NCBI GenBank assembly: GCA_963845515.1 | Contig: CAWJSR010000003.1 | Coordinates: forward strand, 126,022-190,021 | From: an uncultured delta proteobacterium | GTDB lineage: Bacteria > Myxococcota > Myxococcia > Myxococcales > Anaeromyxobacteraceae | Length of the DNA stretch: 64,000 nucleotides | Reading direction: 5' to 3' | Part shown: positions 21,225 through 37,620 of the stretch, piece by piece | Layout of the letters: the number at the start of each line of letters is the position of its first letter | Position numbering within the stretch: position 1 is the stretch's first letter | Program-made: the position numbers and the translations under genes | Notes under the pieces: model-generated | What the model saw: only the letters and a program-made list of their open reading frames with translations | The model's database searches: none | Told to the model about the DNA's origin: nothing

Positions 21225-21265
21225 GAAAGAAGATGCCGCCCCCCGGAGCGCTCCCGGGGGGCGGC
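21225..21265 (-). terminator. rho-independent terminator after metY
   Basis: 12-bp stem GCCGCCCCCCGG/CCGGGGGGCGGC followed on the minus strand by ATCTTCTTTC. Confidence 0.75.
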
Positions 21266-21287
21266 GATGGATGCTGACGCGGTGCGG

Positions 21288-22689
<1,402 letters not shown>

Positions 22690-22840
22690 GCGCGACTGCG
22701 AGAACCCGTAGGGGTGTCGCAGAGTGGAAGTGATTCCGTTGTAGCGGACGACGCGGCGACTTTCGCCTCGGGGCCCGCGCCCGGGGTCGCGCCCCGCCGG
22801 ATCTACCGCTAGATTCGTGCGGATCCGTCTGGAGGACCAC

Positions 22841-24661
22841 GTGACCGCACCCGAGCCCCGCAACGTCCCCGAGCTCTTCCTGGAGCGAGTCGGCCTCACC
22901 CCGGATGACGAGGCCTTCCGCCACCCGGCCCCCGGCGGCGGGTGGACCTCGCTCACCTGGGAGGAGACGGAGCAGCGCGTCCGCGCGGTCGCCTCCGGGC
23001 TGAAGGCCATGGGCTTCGCCTCCGGGGACGTCGGGGCGATCCTCTCCTCGACCCGCATCGAGTGGATCCTCGCCGACTTCGGGATCCTCTTCGCAGCGGG
23101 TGCGACCACCACGATCTATCCGTCCTCCACGGCCGAGGACTGCGGGCACATCCTCGCCGACTCGGGCGCGACGGTGGCCTTCGTCGAGGACGCCGAGCAG
23201 GTGGCGAAGGTGGTCTCGCGCCGCAGCGAGCTGCCACACCTGCGCCACGTGGTCGTGTTCGATGGCGTGGGGAGCGGGGACGGCTGGGTGCTGGCGCTCT
23301 CGTCGGTCGAGGCGAGCGGGCGCGAGTGGGACCGCGTGCACCCCGGCCACTTCGAGGAGGCGGCCCAGGCGATCCCCGGCGACGCGCTCGCGACCGTCAT
23401 CTACACCTCGGGCACCACCGGCAAGCCGAAGGGCGTGGAGCTGACCCACGGCTGCTGGGTCTCGCAGTCGGCGGCGGTGGTCGAGTCCGGCATCCTGCGG
23501 GCGCCGAACCATGTCCAGCTCTTCTGGCTCCCGCTGGCCCACTCCTTCGGGAAGATGATCGGGACGGCGCAGCTCCGGATCGGGTTTCCCACGGCGATCG
23601 ACGGACGGGTCGACAAGCTGGTCGAGAACCTCGCGGCCGTCCGCCCGACCTTCGTCTGCGCGGTCCCCCGCATCTTCGAGAAGGTGCGCAACAAGGTCAT
23701 CCAGAGCGCGCGCGATGGGGGCGCGGTCAGGACCGCCATCCTCAGGTGGGCGATCGAGATCGGGCTGGTGGCCAGGCGGATCGAGCGGGCCGGCGGGCGT
23801 CCGGGCGCCCTGCTCGTCGCGCAGCGCCTGCTGGCCGACAGGCTCGTCTACTCGAAGGTGCGGGCGCTCTTCGGGGGCAGGCTCCAGTTCTTCGTCTCCG
23901 GGAGCGCCCCGCTCTCGCGCGACGTCGCCGAGTTCTGGGACGCGGTCGGCGTGGAGATCCTGGAGGGCTACGGCCTGACCGAGTCGTCTGCGGCGACCCA
24001 CTGCAACCGCCCCGGGAGCAACCGGGTCGGCACGGTGGGCCCGCCCCTGCGCGGGATCGAGGTCCGGCTCGCCGAGGACGGGGAGGTGCTCATGCGCGGG
24101 CCGTGGATCATGCGCGGGTACCGGGGGCTGGCGGAGGCGACCGGGGAGGCGCTCGACGCGGAGGGGTGGCTCCACACCGGGGACATCGGAGCCACGTCGC
24201 CGGACGGCTACCTCTCGATCACCGATCGGAAGAAGGACCTGATCAAGACGTCTGGCGGAAAGTTCATCTCGCCGACCGAGATCGAGGCGCGGCTGAAGGC
24301 GCTCTCGCCGCTGGTCGCCAACGTGCTGGTCCACGGTGACCGGCGGAACTACGTCAGCGCGCTCCTGACCCTGGATCCCGACGCGGGCCGGGCCTGGGCG
24401 GCGCGGCACGGTCTCCAGTCGCTCGGGCCGGAGGCGCTGGCAGCGCACCCGCTCCTGCAGGCCAGGCTCCAGCGTGACGTCGACAAGCTCAACGCCAACC
24501 TCCCGCGCTTCGCGACGGTGAAGCGCTTCACCGTCCTGCCGCGGGACTTCAGCGAGGCGGAGGGGGAGCTGACGCCGTCCCAGAAGGTGAAGCGGAAGCT
24601 GGTCGAGCTGCGCTACATGCCCCTCCTCGACGCCATGTACGACGGAGAGCAGGCCACCTGA
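22841..24661 (+). CDS. fadD: long-chain fatty acid--CoA ligase
   Basis: YTSGTTGKPKG, EGYGLTE, WLHTGDIG, ELTPSQKVKR; GTG start with GGAGG SD (alternative start 22817). Confidence 0.88.
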   Translation: MTAPEPRNVPELFLERVGLTPDDEAFRHPAPGGGWTSLTWEETEQRVRAVASGLKAMGFASGDVGAILSSTRIEWILADFGILFAAGATTTIYPSSTAEDCGHILADSGATVAFVEDAEQVAKVVSRRSELPHLRHVVVFDGVGSGDGWVLALSSVEASGREWDRVHPGHFEEAAQAIPGDALATVIYTSGTTGKPKGVELTHGCWVSQSAAVVESGILRAPNHVQLFWLPLAHSFGKMIGTAQLRIGFPTAIDGRVDKLVENLAAVRPTFVCAVPRIFEKVRNKVIQSARDGGAVRTAILRWAIEIGLVARRIERAGGRPGALLVAQRLLADRLVYSKVRALFGGRLQFFVSGSAPLSRDVAEFWDAVGVEILEGYGLTESSAATHCNRPGSNRVGTVGPPLRGIEVRLAEDGEVLMRGPWIMRGYRGLAEATGEALDAEGWLHTGDIGATSPDGYLSITDRKKDLIKTSGGKFISPTEIEARLKALSPLVANVLVHGDRRNYVSALLTLDPDAGRAWAARHGLQSLGPEALAAHPLLQARLQRDVDKLNANLPRFATVKRFTVLPRDFSEAEGELTPSQKVKRKLVELRYMPLLDAMYDGEQAT

Positions 24662-24769
24662 CGAGCGCCGGCCAGCCTGGGAGCAGGGCGGGCCCGTGGT
24701 CGCGTGATTGACGCTCGCCCCGTCCGCTGCGAGCATCGTACCAATCGCGGGACCGGGAGGCCCGCGTCG

Positions 24770-25822
24770 ATGGAGCCCAGCCCGTCCTCCAGCCGCCGGT
24801 CCACTCTGCTCGTAGCGGTCGGCCTCGTCCTGGCCGGCCTGCTTCCGGTCGCCGCGCGCGGTGGCGTCCCGGTCGGACTCTACCCGCTCCAGGCGGAGGG
24901 GCTGAGCGAGGGGGAGCGGTCGGAGGTGCAGGCGATCGTGGAGTCGGCCCTCCAGTCCTCCGCTCCGCGGGGCGTGCTGGAGCCGCGATCCCCGCTCATA
25001 CTGCCGGGGACCTGCAAGCCCCCCATCACCGTAGGCTGCGTGGCGACGCTGGCGAAGGGCGGAGTCGTCCTCTACGCGAAGGCGAAGCGGCGAGGGGCGC
25101 AGATCCAGGTGACCGTCCTGTTCGTCGACGCCGCGGGCAGGAGGACCCGCGCCGCGGCCTTCCCCGTCGACCTCTTCATACAGAACCTCCGCCCCGCCAA
25201 CGACGCGCTCGCGAGCGTCGAGGCCGAGCTGGCGGCCGGCGCGCTGGAGGATCCCACGCCGCCTCCGGCCCCTGCGCAAGCACCGCGTCCCGAGCGCCAG
25301 GCGACCGCCGAGCCGACGGAGACTGCCCGGGGCGGGCGTCCTGAAGACAAGGAGGCGCCGCCGCCCGAGCCGCGCCAGCCACCGGCCGTGGCCGGCAGCG
25401 CCCCCGAGCGGCTCGAAGAGCCACCCAGGCCGCCGCCCAGGGGCTCGGCCCCGCTCGACCTCACCCCCCGGCCGAAGGCCGAGCCGCCCAGTGCCCCTCG
25501 CGGCGCGGCTCCCGCCCCGACGGGACGCGACTGGCGACTGACTGCCGGGAGGTGGGGGACCGGCGGCGGGCTCGCGATGATCACGGCCGGTGCGGTCTTC
25601 GGGCTGTCCGGGAAGCGGCTCGCCGACGCGCTGCAGGATCGCTACGACCGGCGCGCGCTCCGGCCCGAGGACGATCGCCTCTTCGACCGCGTGGAGCTGT
25701 ACGAGCGGCTCTCCAACCTCCTCTTCGTCGCTGGCGGCGCCGCCACCGCCGCGGGGCTCACGTTCCAGGTGCTGGCGCCGGCGGGTGGCGGGGCCGGCGT
25801 CGCGATGGCGGGGACCTTCTGA
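24770..25822 (+). CDS. exported hypothetical protein with Pro-rich linker and C-terminal hydrophobic segments
   Basis: N-terminal hydrophobic signal, PEP/PAP-rich middle, C-terminal membrane-like segments; coupled to the next gene (TGATG). Confidence 0.6.
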   Translation: MEPSPSSSRRSTLLVAVGLVLAGLLPVAARGGVPVGLYPLQAEGLSEGERSEVQAIVESALQSSAPRGVLEPRSPLILPGTCKPPITVGCVATLAKGGVVLYAKAKRRGAQIQVTVLFVDAAGRRTRAAAFPVDLFIQNLRPANDALASVEAELAAGALEDPTPPPAPAQAPRPERQATAEPTETARGGRPEDKEAPPPEPRQPPAVAGSAPERLEEPPRPPPRGSAPLDLTPRPKAEPPSAPRGAAPAPTGRDWRLTAGRWGTGGGLAMITAGAVFGLSGKRLADALQDRYDRRALRPEDDRLFDRVELYERLSNLLFVAGGAATAAGLTFQVLAPAGGGAGVAMAGTF

Positions 25823-27202
25823 TGTCCATCCGCCCGCTGCTGCTCGCCCTCCTCGCAGCCGCTGCCGTCGCTGGCTGCAAGCTCGATCCAGAGGGGCGCT
25901 GCGACTCGCGCGCCGACTGTCCGGCGGGGCTCGACTGTCTCAACCGGGTCTGCGCGAACTGCACCGGCGACGCGGACTGCTGGTCGCACACCGCCTGTTC
26001 GGCGGCCGGGCTCTGCGAGCTGCGGGCCGCGCGCTGCTGGACCGACGCCGACTGCTCCAGCTGGGATCTCTGCGACGGCAGCCACACCTGCACCCTTCGC
26101 CCGAACCGCTGCCCCACCGTCGCCTGCGGCGGGATCACCCGCTGCGATCAGGAGCACAACTGCACGCCGCAGCCAGGGCGGTGCGCCGTGGACGGTGACT
26201 GCGCCGCCTGGATGGCAGGCTGCGACGGGGCGAGCCAGACCTGCACGTTCAGCGCGACGGCGGGCGACGACGTGGTCGCGTGGGGGACCCTGGCAGAGGG
26301 GCGGGACGATCGCGGCGCCGCGGCGCGCGTGACCGCGCCGACGAAGGTGGAGGTCGGGTTCGACGCCGGCTCGGGCGGGGAGGGCTCGGGGATCGTCGAC
26401 CCGGCGACCGGTGATCTCGTTCACCGTGGCCTGCTCGATCCGTCCACCGGCGAGCTGGTCTACCGGCACGTCGGCGACCCCGACGGCGACACGCTCCGTC
26501 GCTTCAACCGGGACGCGGTCACGATGGATCCGGTGACGGGGCTCTCGACCTATCCGGCGGCGCCGTCGACCGATGACGAGCTCGCCATCGGCGCCATCAG
26601 GTGCCCCAAGACCTGGAACCGGTGGATCATGCAGGGCTGGAGCGGACCCGTCGCGGTCGCGGCTCCGCGGCCGCTCCTCTACGGCTGCCCGACGTACTCG
26701 GGGTGGGACTTCTACGCGAGCGGCGCCAGCACGCCTAAGCTCTCCTCGGTTCGAGGGGTATACGCGTGGAACGCCGATGGATACCTGCTCGTGCGGTCGG
26801 GCGCTGGCGTGCTCCAGGTCGTGAGCCCGACCGGTGTCGCCACGGCGGTCTCGGCGAGCCTGCCGGCCGGGACCCACCTCGCCTACAGGACGACGGCCGA
26901 CGTCTGGGTCAACGCGCCAGGCTTCCGCGTGGCGCTGAGGCGCGACGACACGGGGGCGGACGAGCTCTGGGAGATCGATGAGGTGACGGCGACTGCCGCG
27001 CTCGCCGGGACCTATCCGGCCGTGGCCGGCGGCTACGCCGATCCGGCGTGGGAGGTCATCGACCAGGCCGGCGCGCTCTACGGTCGCGCCTACCTGGGCT
27101 CGGAGGTGATCCTCAAGCGGCCGCTCTCGGGCTCGACCACCACCCCCGTCTACTCGGAGGCTGCCATGCCGGCGGGATCCAACGACTTCTCGGCCGCCAG
27201 CT

Positions 27203-29989
<2,787 letters not shown>

Positions 29990-30115
29990 GGATGCTTAAT
30001 GGGCGCGGATCGCCGGCGGATCAAGCGGTCGCTGGCTCCCGTCAGGGTGTTGCGCTCGCAGTGCGGTCCCGGCAGGGATTAGACCACGCGATGTCGGCGC
30101 GTTTGCGGAGGCGGC

Positions 30116-30538
30116 ATGACCGAAGGACACTCGTGGAGCGACTGGCTGGAAATCGGCGACGGCGATCTCGACCACGACCACCACCTGCAGATGCGCCTGA
30201 TGAGCGCCCTCATCGACGCGATCGAGGAGGGCAGGCCGTGGCTCGCACACAGGCTCGCGGCGCACCTCCGCGACGCCAGTACCGTTCACTTCGCCGCCGA
30301 GGAGGACAGGATGTTGGCCTCGGGCTACCCCGAGCGCACGGCGCACAGGCGCGAGCACGACACCCTCCTTGCTCAGATGAGCGAGCTCGTCGAGCTGGTC
30401 GACGGGGCGGACACGGCCCCCGCGATCGCGGCAGGGCTGGACCTCCGCTCGACCCTCGCGAACCACATCGGGACGTTCGACCGTCGCTTCGCGGCCCACC
30501 AGCAGGCGCGCAGCGAGGCTCGCCCCGTGGCTCCGTGA
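30116..30538 (+). CDS. bacteriohemerythrin
   Basis: DHDH, HFAAEE, HRREH, HIGTFD di-iron ligands. Confidence 0.85.
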   Translation: MTEGHSWSDWLEIGDGDLDHDHHLQMRLMSALIDAIEEGRPWLAHRLAAHLRDASTVHFAAEEDRMLASGYPERTAHRREHDTLLAQMSELVELVDGADTAPAIAAGLDLRSTLANHIGTFDRRFAAHQQARSEARPVAP

Positions 30539-30692
30539 GGGGCGGCCGGCAGTTGCCCCGGGCTCAAACGGTCATTAACTCCTCCTGAACGGTGGCCCCC
30601 TTGCGGCGCCGACCCGCGCTGCTGTAGGGCTACTGGGTACTTGCGTACTTTTGCCGCCCCCGAACGGGGGAGGCGACCATCAGGAGAGTGAA

Positions 30693-32091
30693 ATGGCAGC
30701 TCCGCGCCTACCGTGGACCAGGCACCCCGTTGGCTTCGTCGGCGCGATCGTCGCGACCATCTCGGCCATCCTGATCCTCTCGCTCTTCGTCGCACGGGCT
30801 GGCGGGGTACGAGGGCGGGCCCTACATCGGCGTCGTCGCCTACTCGGTCTTCCCGGGGCTCTTCGTCGGCGGCCTCCTGATGATCCCGCTCGGCCTCTGG
30901 ATGGAGCGGCGCCGGCTGCTCCAGCTCGCCGCGACCGGCGGCCTGGAGCCGCCGCTCTGGAAGATCGACCTCAACGACTCGCACCACCGGCGGCGCTTCA
31001 TCTGGTTCGTCGGCCTCACGGTGATCAACCTCGTGATCATCGGGATCGCCAGCTACAAGGGGCTGGAGGTGATGGACTCGCCCGAGTTCTGCGGCTCCTG
31101 CCACTCGGTCATGGATCCCGAGTACGCGGCGTACAAGGCCTCTCCGCACGCGCGCGTGCGCTGCGTCGAGTGTCACATCGGCCGGGGCGCGAGCTGGTTC
31201 GTGAAGTCGAAGCTCTCCGGCTCCTGGCAGCTCATCTCGGTCAACCTCGGCCTCTACCCGAAGCCGATCCCGACGCCGGTGCACGACCTGCGCCCGGCGC
31301 GCGAGACCTGCGAGGAGTGCCACTGGCCGGACAAGTTCACCGGCGACAAGTTCCTCGTCCGCAACCACTACGACGAGGACGAGGCCAGCACCGAGAAGAA
31401 GTCGGTGATCATCCTCAAGGTCGGCGGCGGCACGCCGGATCGCGGCCAGGGGATCCACTGGCACGTGATGCCCGGGGTCGCGATCCGCTACCAGGCGGAC
31501 GAGAAGCGGCAGGAGATCGGCGTCGTGGAGGCGAAGCTCCCCGGCGGCGTGACCCGGGTCTACTCCAGGAAGGGGGCGAAGCCGGCCGGCGACAGCTGGA
31601 GGACGATGGACTGCATCGACTGCCACAACCGCCCCACGCACCAGTTCAAGCCGGCCGAGGCGGTGGTCGATCACGCCATCGAGATCGGCAAGGTCGACCG
31701 GTCGCTGCCGTTCGTCCGGCGCGAGGCGATGAAGGCGGTGAAGGCCGACTACCCGTCGCACGACGCGGCGCGGGCAGGGATCCGCGGCGCGCTCCAGGGC
31801 TTCTACGCCTCCACCTACCCGGAGATCGCCAGCGCGAAGGCGGCGCTGATCGACCAGGCCGCCGACGCGCTGATCGAGGGCTACACGACGCACGTCTGGC
31901 CGCAGATGAAGATCACGTGGGGGACCTATCCGTCCTTCCTCGGTCACGAGCAGGCGACCGGCTGCTTCCGCTGCCACGACGAGGAGCACACGGCGGAGGA
32001 CGGCAAGACGATCTCGCAGGACTGCGGCCTGTGTCACAACCTGCTGGCAGACCGCGAGGCCGACCCGGCCATCCTGAAGCAGCTGAAGTAG
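30693..32091 (+). CDS. membrane-anchored NapC/NirT-like multiheme cytochrome c (6 CxxCH), frameshifted near 30795
   Basis: N-terminal TM in one frame continues as YEGGPYIGVVAY in another; CGSCH, CVECH, CEECH, CIDCH, CFRCH, CGLCH. Confidence 0.82.
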
Positions 32092-32102
32092 CCCTGGCTC
32101 CT

Positions 32103-32138
32103 CCCTCACCCTGACCCTGCTCCCTCGTGGGGAGAGGG
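32103..32138. repeat. REP-like palindrome
   Basis: CCCTCACCCTGACCCTGCTCCCTCGTGGGGAGAGGG. Confidence 0.65.
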
Positions 32139-32215
32139 GATGCGGGGCCCGCCCGGGAGGCCCCGTCGGGGCGTGGCGACCGCCAGCCCTCCCGCTCAGG
32201 TAATGGGGGGTGCCC

Positions 32216-34303
32216 ATGCCCCCTCCGCGGACGGTTTCGACCGGACAGCCTCGCTCCACCAATCGCCTCGCTGGCGAGGCGAGCCCATACCTGCTGGCGC
32301 ACGCGCACAACCCGGTCGACTGGTATCCGTGGGGAGACGAGGCGTTCGAGGTCGCGAAGCGGACCGGACGGCCGGTCTTCCTCTCGGTCGGATACTCCAC
32401 GTGCCACTGGTGCCACGTGATGGCCGAGGAGTCCTTCGAGGATCCCGAGATCGCGGCGGTCCTCAACGAGCGCTTCGTGGCCGTCAAGGTCGACCGCGAG
32501 GAGCGGCCGGACGTCGACGCGGTCTACATGGCGGCGACCCAGGCGCTCACCGGGGGCGGCGGCTGGCCGATGAGCGTCTGGCTGGATCACGAGCGGCGTC
32601 CCTTCCTGGCCGGCACCTACTTCCCGCCGCGCGACGGTGAGCGAGGTGCGCTCCGGGGCTTCCTCTCGGTGCTGCGCGACGTGGCGGAGGCCTGGGACAA
32701 GACACCGGGCCGCGTCGAGTCGGTGGCAGTCAGGCTCGCCGATGCGGTCAAGCTCGCGCTCGGCAGCAGCGGCGGTCCCCACGAGGGCGCCCCGGGGGTG
32801 AAGGTGCTGGAGGCCGCGTACCACGCCTGCGCCGACGCCTTCGACGGGCGCCACGGCGGGCTCGTGGGCGCCCCCAAGTTCCCCTCCAGCTTCCCCGTCC
32901 GCTCGCTGCTCCGGTACCACCGCCGAAGCCGCGACCCGAAGGCGCTGGCGATGGCCGTCCTGACCCTCGAGGCGATGGACGCCGGCGGCCTGCACGATCA
33001 GCTCGGCGGCGGCTTCCATCGCTACTCCACCGACGAGCGCTGGCTCGTGCCCCACTTCGAGAAGATGCTCTACGACAACGCGCTCCTCGCGGTCGCCTAC
33101 GCCGAGGCCTGGCAGGTGACGCGGAGGCCGGACTTCGAGCGGGTGGTGCGGACCACGCTCGACTACCTGCTGCGCGAGCTGGAGGCGCCCGACGGGGGCC
33201 TGTACTCCGCCACCGATGCCGACACCGAGGGGGAGGAGGGGCGCTACTTCGTCTGGACGGTGGAGGAGATCAGGAGCCTCCTCGGCGACGGCGCGCCGCG
33301 CTTCGAGGCATTCTACGGCGTCAGCGAGGCGGGGAACTTCCAGGACGAGAACGTGCTCCACGTGCCGCGCCCCGACGAGGCCGAGCAGGAGGCGCTCGCG
33401 CCCGCCCGCGCGCGGCTCCTCGCGGCCCGCGCCCGGCGCCCCGCTCCCCGCCGCGACGAGAAGCGGATCGCGGCGTGGAACGGGCTCGCGATCTCGGCGC
33501 TCGCGTTCGGCGGGCGGGTGTTCGCCGAGCCGCGCTGGACAGGCGCGGCGGAGCGGACCGCCCGCTTCGTCCTGGGCTCGCTGCGGAGCGGCAGCCGGCT
33601 GCTCCGGAGCTTCACGGCCGGGCGTGGCTCTCCGGTCCGCGGCTTCCTCTCGGACCACGCCTTCGTGGCGCAGGGGCTGCTGGATCTCTACGAGGCGACC
33701 TTCGAGCCGCGCTGGCTCGAGGCTGCGCTCGCGATCGCCGACGCGACCGAGGAGCACTTCGCCGACCACGCCGGCGGGGGCTGGTTCGTCACGGCGTCCG
33801 ACGGCGAGCAGCTGATCGCGCGCGAGAAGCCGACGCGTGACGGGGCCGAGCCGTCGGGGGCCTCGGTCGCGACGCTCAACGCCCTTCGGCTGGCCGCCTT
33901 CACCGTGGACGAGCGGTGGCGCAGGATCGCGGAGGCGGCGCTCCGCGCCCACGGCCACACGCTCGAGACCTTCCCCACCGCGCTCGGCGAGATGCTGCTC
34001 GCCGTCGACTTCTCGACCGACGCGGTCCGCGAGGTGGCGCTCGTCTGGCCCGAGGGAGATCCCTCGCCCGAGCACTTCCTGAAGGTGCTCCGCGAGACCT
34101 TCCTGCCGAGCCGCGCGCTGGCCGGCGCGCCGGAGGGTCCGGCGCTGGAGGCGCTCGGCGGGCTCGCCCTCTTCGCCCGGGAGAAGCGGGCTGCTGGCGG
34201 GAGGCCGACGGCCTACGTCTGCGAGCAGGGGGTCTGCCGGCTCCCCGCGATCGACGCGGAGAAGCTGCGCTCACAGATAGAGCCGATCCGCCCGCTCCGG
34301 TGA
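32216..34303 (+). CDS. thioredoxin-domain / six-hairpin protein (YyaL, DUF255 family)
   Basis: [53 protein letters not shown]. Confidence 0.9.
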   Translation: MPPPRTVSTGQPRSTNRLAGEASPYLLAHAHNPVDWYPWGDEAFEVAKRTGRPVFLSVGYSTCHWCHVMAEESFEDPEIAAVLNERFVAVKVDREERPDVDAVYMAATQALTGGGGWPMSVWLDHERRPFLAGTYFPPRDGERGALRGFLSVLRDVAEAWDKTPGRVESVAVRLADAVKLALGSSGGPHEGAPGVKVLEAAYHACADAFDGRHGGLVGAPKFPSSFPVRSLLRYHRRSRDPKALAMAVLTLEAMDAGGLHDQLGGGFHRYSTDERWLVPHFEKMLYDNALLAVAYAEAWQVTRRPDFERVVRTTLDYLLRELEAPDGGLYSATDADTEGEEGRYFVWTVEEIRSLLGDGAPRFEAFYGVSEAGNFQDENVLHVPRPDEAEQEALAPARARLLAARARRPAPRRDEKRIAAWNGLAISALAFGGRVFAEPRWTGAAERTARFVLGSLRSGSRLLRSFTAGRGSPVRGFLSDHAFVAQGLLDLYEATFEPRWLEAALAIADATEEHFADHAGGGWFVTASDGEQLIAREKPTRDGAEPSGASVATLNALRLAAFTVDERWRRIAEAALRAHGHTLETFPTALGEMLLAVDFSTDAVREVALVWPEGDPSPEHFLKVLRETFLPSRALAGAPEGPALEALGGLALFAREKRAAGGRPTAYVCEQGVCRLPAIDAEKLRSQIEPIRPLR

Positions 34304-34305
34304 GG

Positions 34306-36328
34306 CTACCGCGCGAGCGCCTTCCGCAAGGCCGCTCCCATCGTCGCGCGGTCGATCGGCTTCGTGAGGAGGGCGCTGAGGCCGAGCGTGCGGGCGCGCT
34401 CCTCGTCGACGTGGTCGCTGTAGCCGGTGCACAGGATCACCCTCGCGTCGGCGCGGAGCTCGAGGACCGTGCGCGCGAGATCCACGCCCGAGAGGCGCGG
34501 CATGGTCTGGTCGGTGAGGATCAGGTCGAACGCGCCCGGCGCCTCGCGGAAGCGGGCGAGCGCCTGCTCGCCGTCCGCCGCGACCTCCACCACGTAGCCC
34601 AGCGACTCCAGGAGCCGCCGGTGGGCGTTCCGGACCATCGGCTCGTCGTCGACGACGAGGATCCGCTCGCCCCGCCCAGAGGGCTGGCGCAGCGGCGCGC
34701 GGATCCCTCGCGGCGGAGAGCTCGCTCCGCGGCAGGTAGACGTCGAAGGTGCTGCCCTCGCCCGGCGCCGACTCGACCTGGATGGCGCCGCCGGCCGCGG
34801 CGACGATCCCGTGCACCACGGCGAGCCCGAGGCCGTGGCCGCCGCTCAGCGCCTTGGTCGTCATGTAGGGCTCGAAGAGCCGCGCCCGGGTCGCCTCGTC
34901 CATCCCGAGGCCGTCGTCCTTCACCCGGAGCCGGACGTACCGGCCGGAGGGCAGCCCCGGGATCTCCCCCTTCAGCTCGATCGCCTCCACGGCGAACTCG
35001 ATCCGGCCGTAGGAGCTGACGGCGTCGCGGGCGTTGGAGGCGAGGTTCAGCACGATCTGGTGGAGCTGCGTCGGGTCGGCGAGGGTGGTCCCCGCCTCGG
35101 GGTCGATCCGGGTCTCCACCGTGACCGACGCCGGGATCCCGGCGCGCATCAGCGTCAGCGCCTCCCGCACGACGGTGGGAACGTCCACGACCTGCCTGTT
35201 GGCCGAGTCCCGGCGGCTGAAGGCCAGGATCTGGCGGACGAGGTCGCGCGCCCGGAGCGTCGCCTCCCTGATGCGCTGCTGGTGATCGTAGAGCTCGCTG
35301 CCGCGCTCGAGCCCGAGGATGGTGAGCTCGGTGTAGCCGAGGATCCCCGAGAGGATGTTGTTGAAGTCGTGCGCGATCCCGCCGGCGAGCCGTCCCACCG
35401 CCTCCAGCTTCTCGGACAGCCGCAGCCGCTCGTGCAGCGCCGCCCGCTCCTCCTCGGCGCGTCGCCGATCGGTGACGTCGGTGCTCGCGACGAGGAGCCG
35501 GCTCCAGTCGGCCTCGTGGCCGGGGACCAGCGTCGCCGTCGTCTCGATCCAGCGACGTTCTCCGGTGAGCGTGCCGACCCACCCGTCGAAGCTGACGGTC
35601 GTGTGCCCCTCGGCGAGCTGGAGCCCCAGCTCGCGGTAGCGCGGGAACGTCTCCGGTGGATAGACCTTCTCGAAGTTGGCGAGCAGGTCATCCATGGACG
35701 TCGCCCCGACCAGCGCGCGACCGGCGGCGTTCACCGCGAGGAGGGTGAACGACTTCATCATCCGGCCGACCAGCTCAGGGTGGGCCTCCACGTAGCTCCT
35801 CAAGTCGGCGACGCCGCCGTCGCGCAGGGCAGTGAGGGCGGCGCGAACGCCCGACACGTCCACCTCGAAGAGGCTCACCGGCACGAACTCGAAGAGCTCG
35901 CGGAATCGCCGCTCGCTCTCGCGCTGGGCCCGCTCGGCCGCCGCTCGGCGCGACACGTCCCGGACGACGATGATGGTCCGGCCGCCGCCGAGCGCGGCGC
36001 CGCTCGTCTCCACCTCCACGCGCGTGCCGTCCAGCCGAACGAAGACCTCCTCGAGCGTCCCCACCGCGCCGCCATCGGCGGCGAGCGCCGCGGCGCGCGC
36101 GAGCACCGCCTCGCGGTGCTCCGGGGCGACGAACCCCAGCATGTGCATGCCGACGAGCGACTCGGCGCTGGGCGCCCGCACCAGCGCCGCGGCGGCCGCG
36201 TTCGCCCACACTATGACGCCGCCCTGGTCGTGGACCGCGACTGGATCGGCCGCCAGCTCGGCCATCAGCCTGAAGTCGATCTGCTGAGCCGGACCCTCGC
36301 TCTTGCCGCCGTCGCTAGACGTGCCCAT
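34306..36328 (-). CDS. PAS-PAS hybrid sensor histidine kinase / receiver, frameshifted near 34680
   Basis: PAS domains; GGIAHDFNN H-box, NARDA, DDGLGM, GLGLA; receiver ILVVDDEP...TDQTMP...KP lies in another frame. Confidence 0.85.
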
Positions 36329-36405
36329 GCCCCCATGCCCCCCGCCGGAGCAGACCACCGGGGCGGCCCGATGTCACGGGCGGCCCCAAGAGAGGACTAC
36401 CTGGG

Positions 36406-37513
36406 CTAGCGCGCCGCGGTCCGCTTCTCCGCCAGCACCGCGCGCATCTCCTCCAGCGACTTGCGGGTCGGCTCCAGGAAGCGGTTGTCGTCCACCCTGG
36501 CGCGGGCGGCGAGCGCGAGCGTCTGCTCGTAGGCGACGATCGCCTTCTCGGCGAGGATCCTGACGCGCTGGGAGAGCAGGTCGCGGTAGGCCGCGGCCTG
36601 CTCCTCGTCGAAGCCGGGAGGCAGCGGCGCCTCCATGCAGCTGCTTCCGCAGCTCGTCATAGAGCTCTCCGCAGCGGAAGCCGGCGGCGACCGCCCACTG
36701 CTCGTTCTGCATCCGGATGGCCCGGATGTAGTGGCCTTGCGCGGTCAGGAGCATCTGGGCCTTGGACTCGAGCGCCTTCGCCAGCTCTCCCTCGTCGTTC
36801 CCCTTGGGGACCAGCGGGATGGCGCGAAACCACTCGCGGTAGACCTCCCCCAGGTAGAACTGGGCCTGCGCGGCGTGCCACTCGTCGAGCCGCTCCTTCT
36901 CCTCGGCCTCGCGCCACGTCTGGAGCGCGAGCTGCAGCGTCCGCTCCGCGTCCTCGCCGAGGCCGGCCTCCAGCTCCACGACGCCACGCTCGGCGAGGGC
37001 CCGGATCCGCAGCTCCGGCTCGACGCCCTCGCGGTCGGCGAGCTTCTTCAGGAGGGCGCGGGCGTCGTTCAGCTCGTCGAGGTGGTAGAGGCACTGGGCG
37101 ACCCGGAACTCCGCGTCGACGGCGTCGGGCCCCTCGTACGCCTTCACGAAGGTGCGGAAGCGCTCCAGCGCGAGGCGCCACTCCTCGAGCTTCTGGTACG
37201 ACATCCCCGCGTTGAAGATGGCCGTCGCAGCGTGGCTCGACTGCGCGTGGACGTCGGCGATCCGCGCGAACGCGGCGGCCGCCCGGCGGAAGTCGCCGGC
37301 GCCGTAGGCCGCGGAGCCGATGGCGAAGAGCTCCTCGTCGTTCTTGTCCGAGAGCTCCAGATCCACCTGCGCCGGGGCGATCACCTCCGGCTCGTAGACG
37401 ATCTCAGGCGGGAGCGCCGGGGGCGCGGGGGTGGTCGCGACCGGCGACTCGGGCGCGCGGACGGTGGCGCAGGCGGCGGCGAGGAGCAAAAGGGGGAGGG
37501 CGGTTCGGAGCAT
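36406..37513 (-). CDS. TPR-repeat lipoprotein, frameshifted near 36645
   Basis: Lipobox LAAAC; TPR helices; C-terminal MEAPLPPGFDEEQAAAY...YEQTL continues in a different frame. Confidence 0.72.
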
Positions 37514-37620
37514 CGGGGCCGGAGTCTAGTCCAAGGGGGCGCGGGGATCACCTCGGCGCGGCCAGGCCCGCGCGCGCCGGGGCCGGCCGACGCGTGACGC
37601 GCGGATCGGCTGAGCCAGGG

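Noticed and set aside
34660..34700. Programmed frameshift separating kinase and receiver
   Set aside because: No slippery heptamer, and similar indels occur in unrelated genes, which favours assembly error
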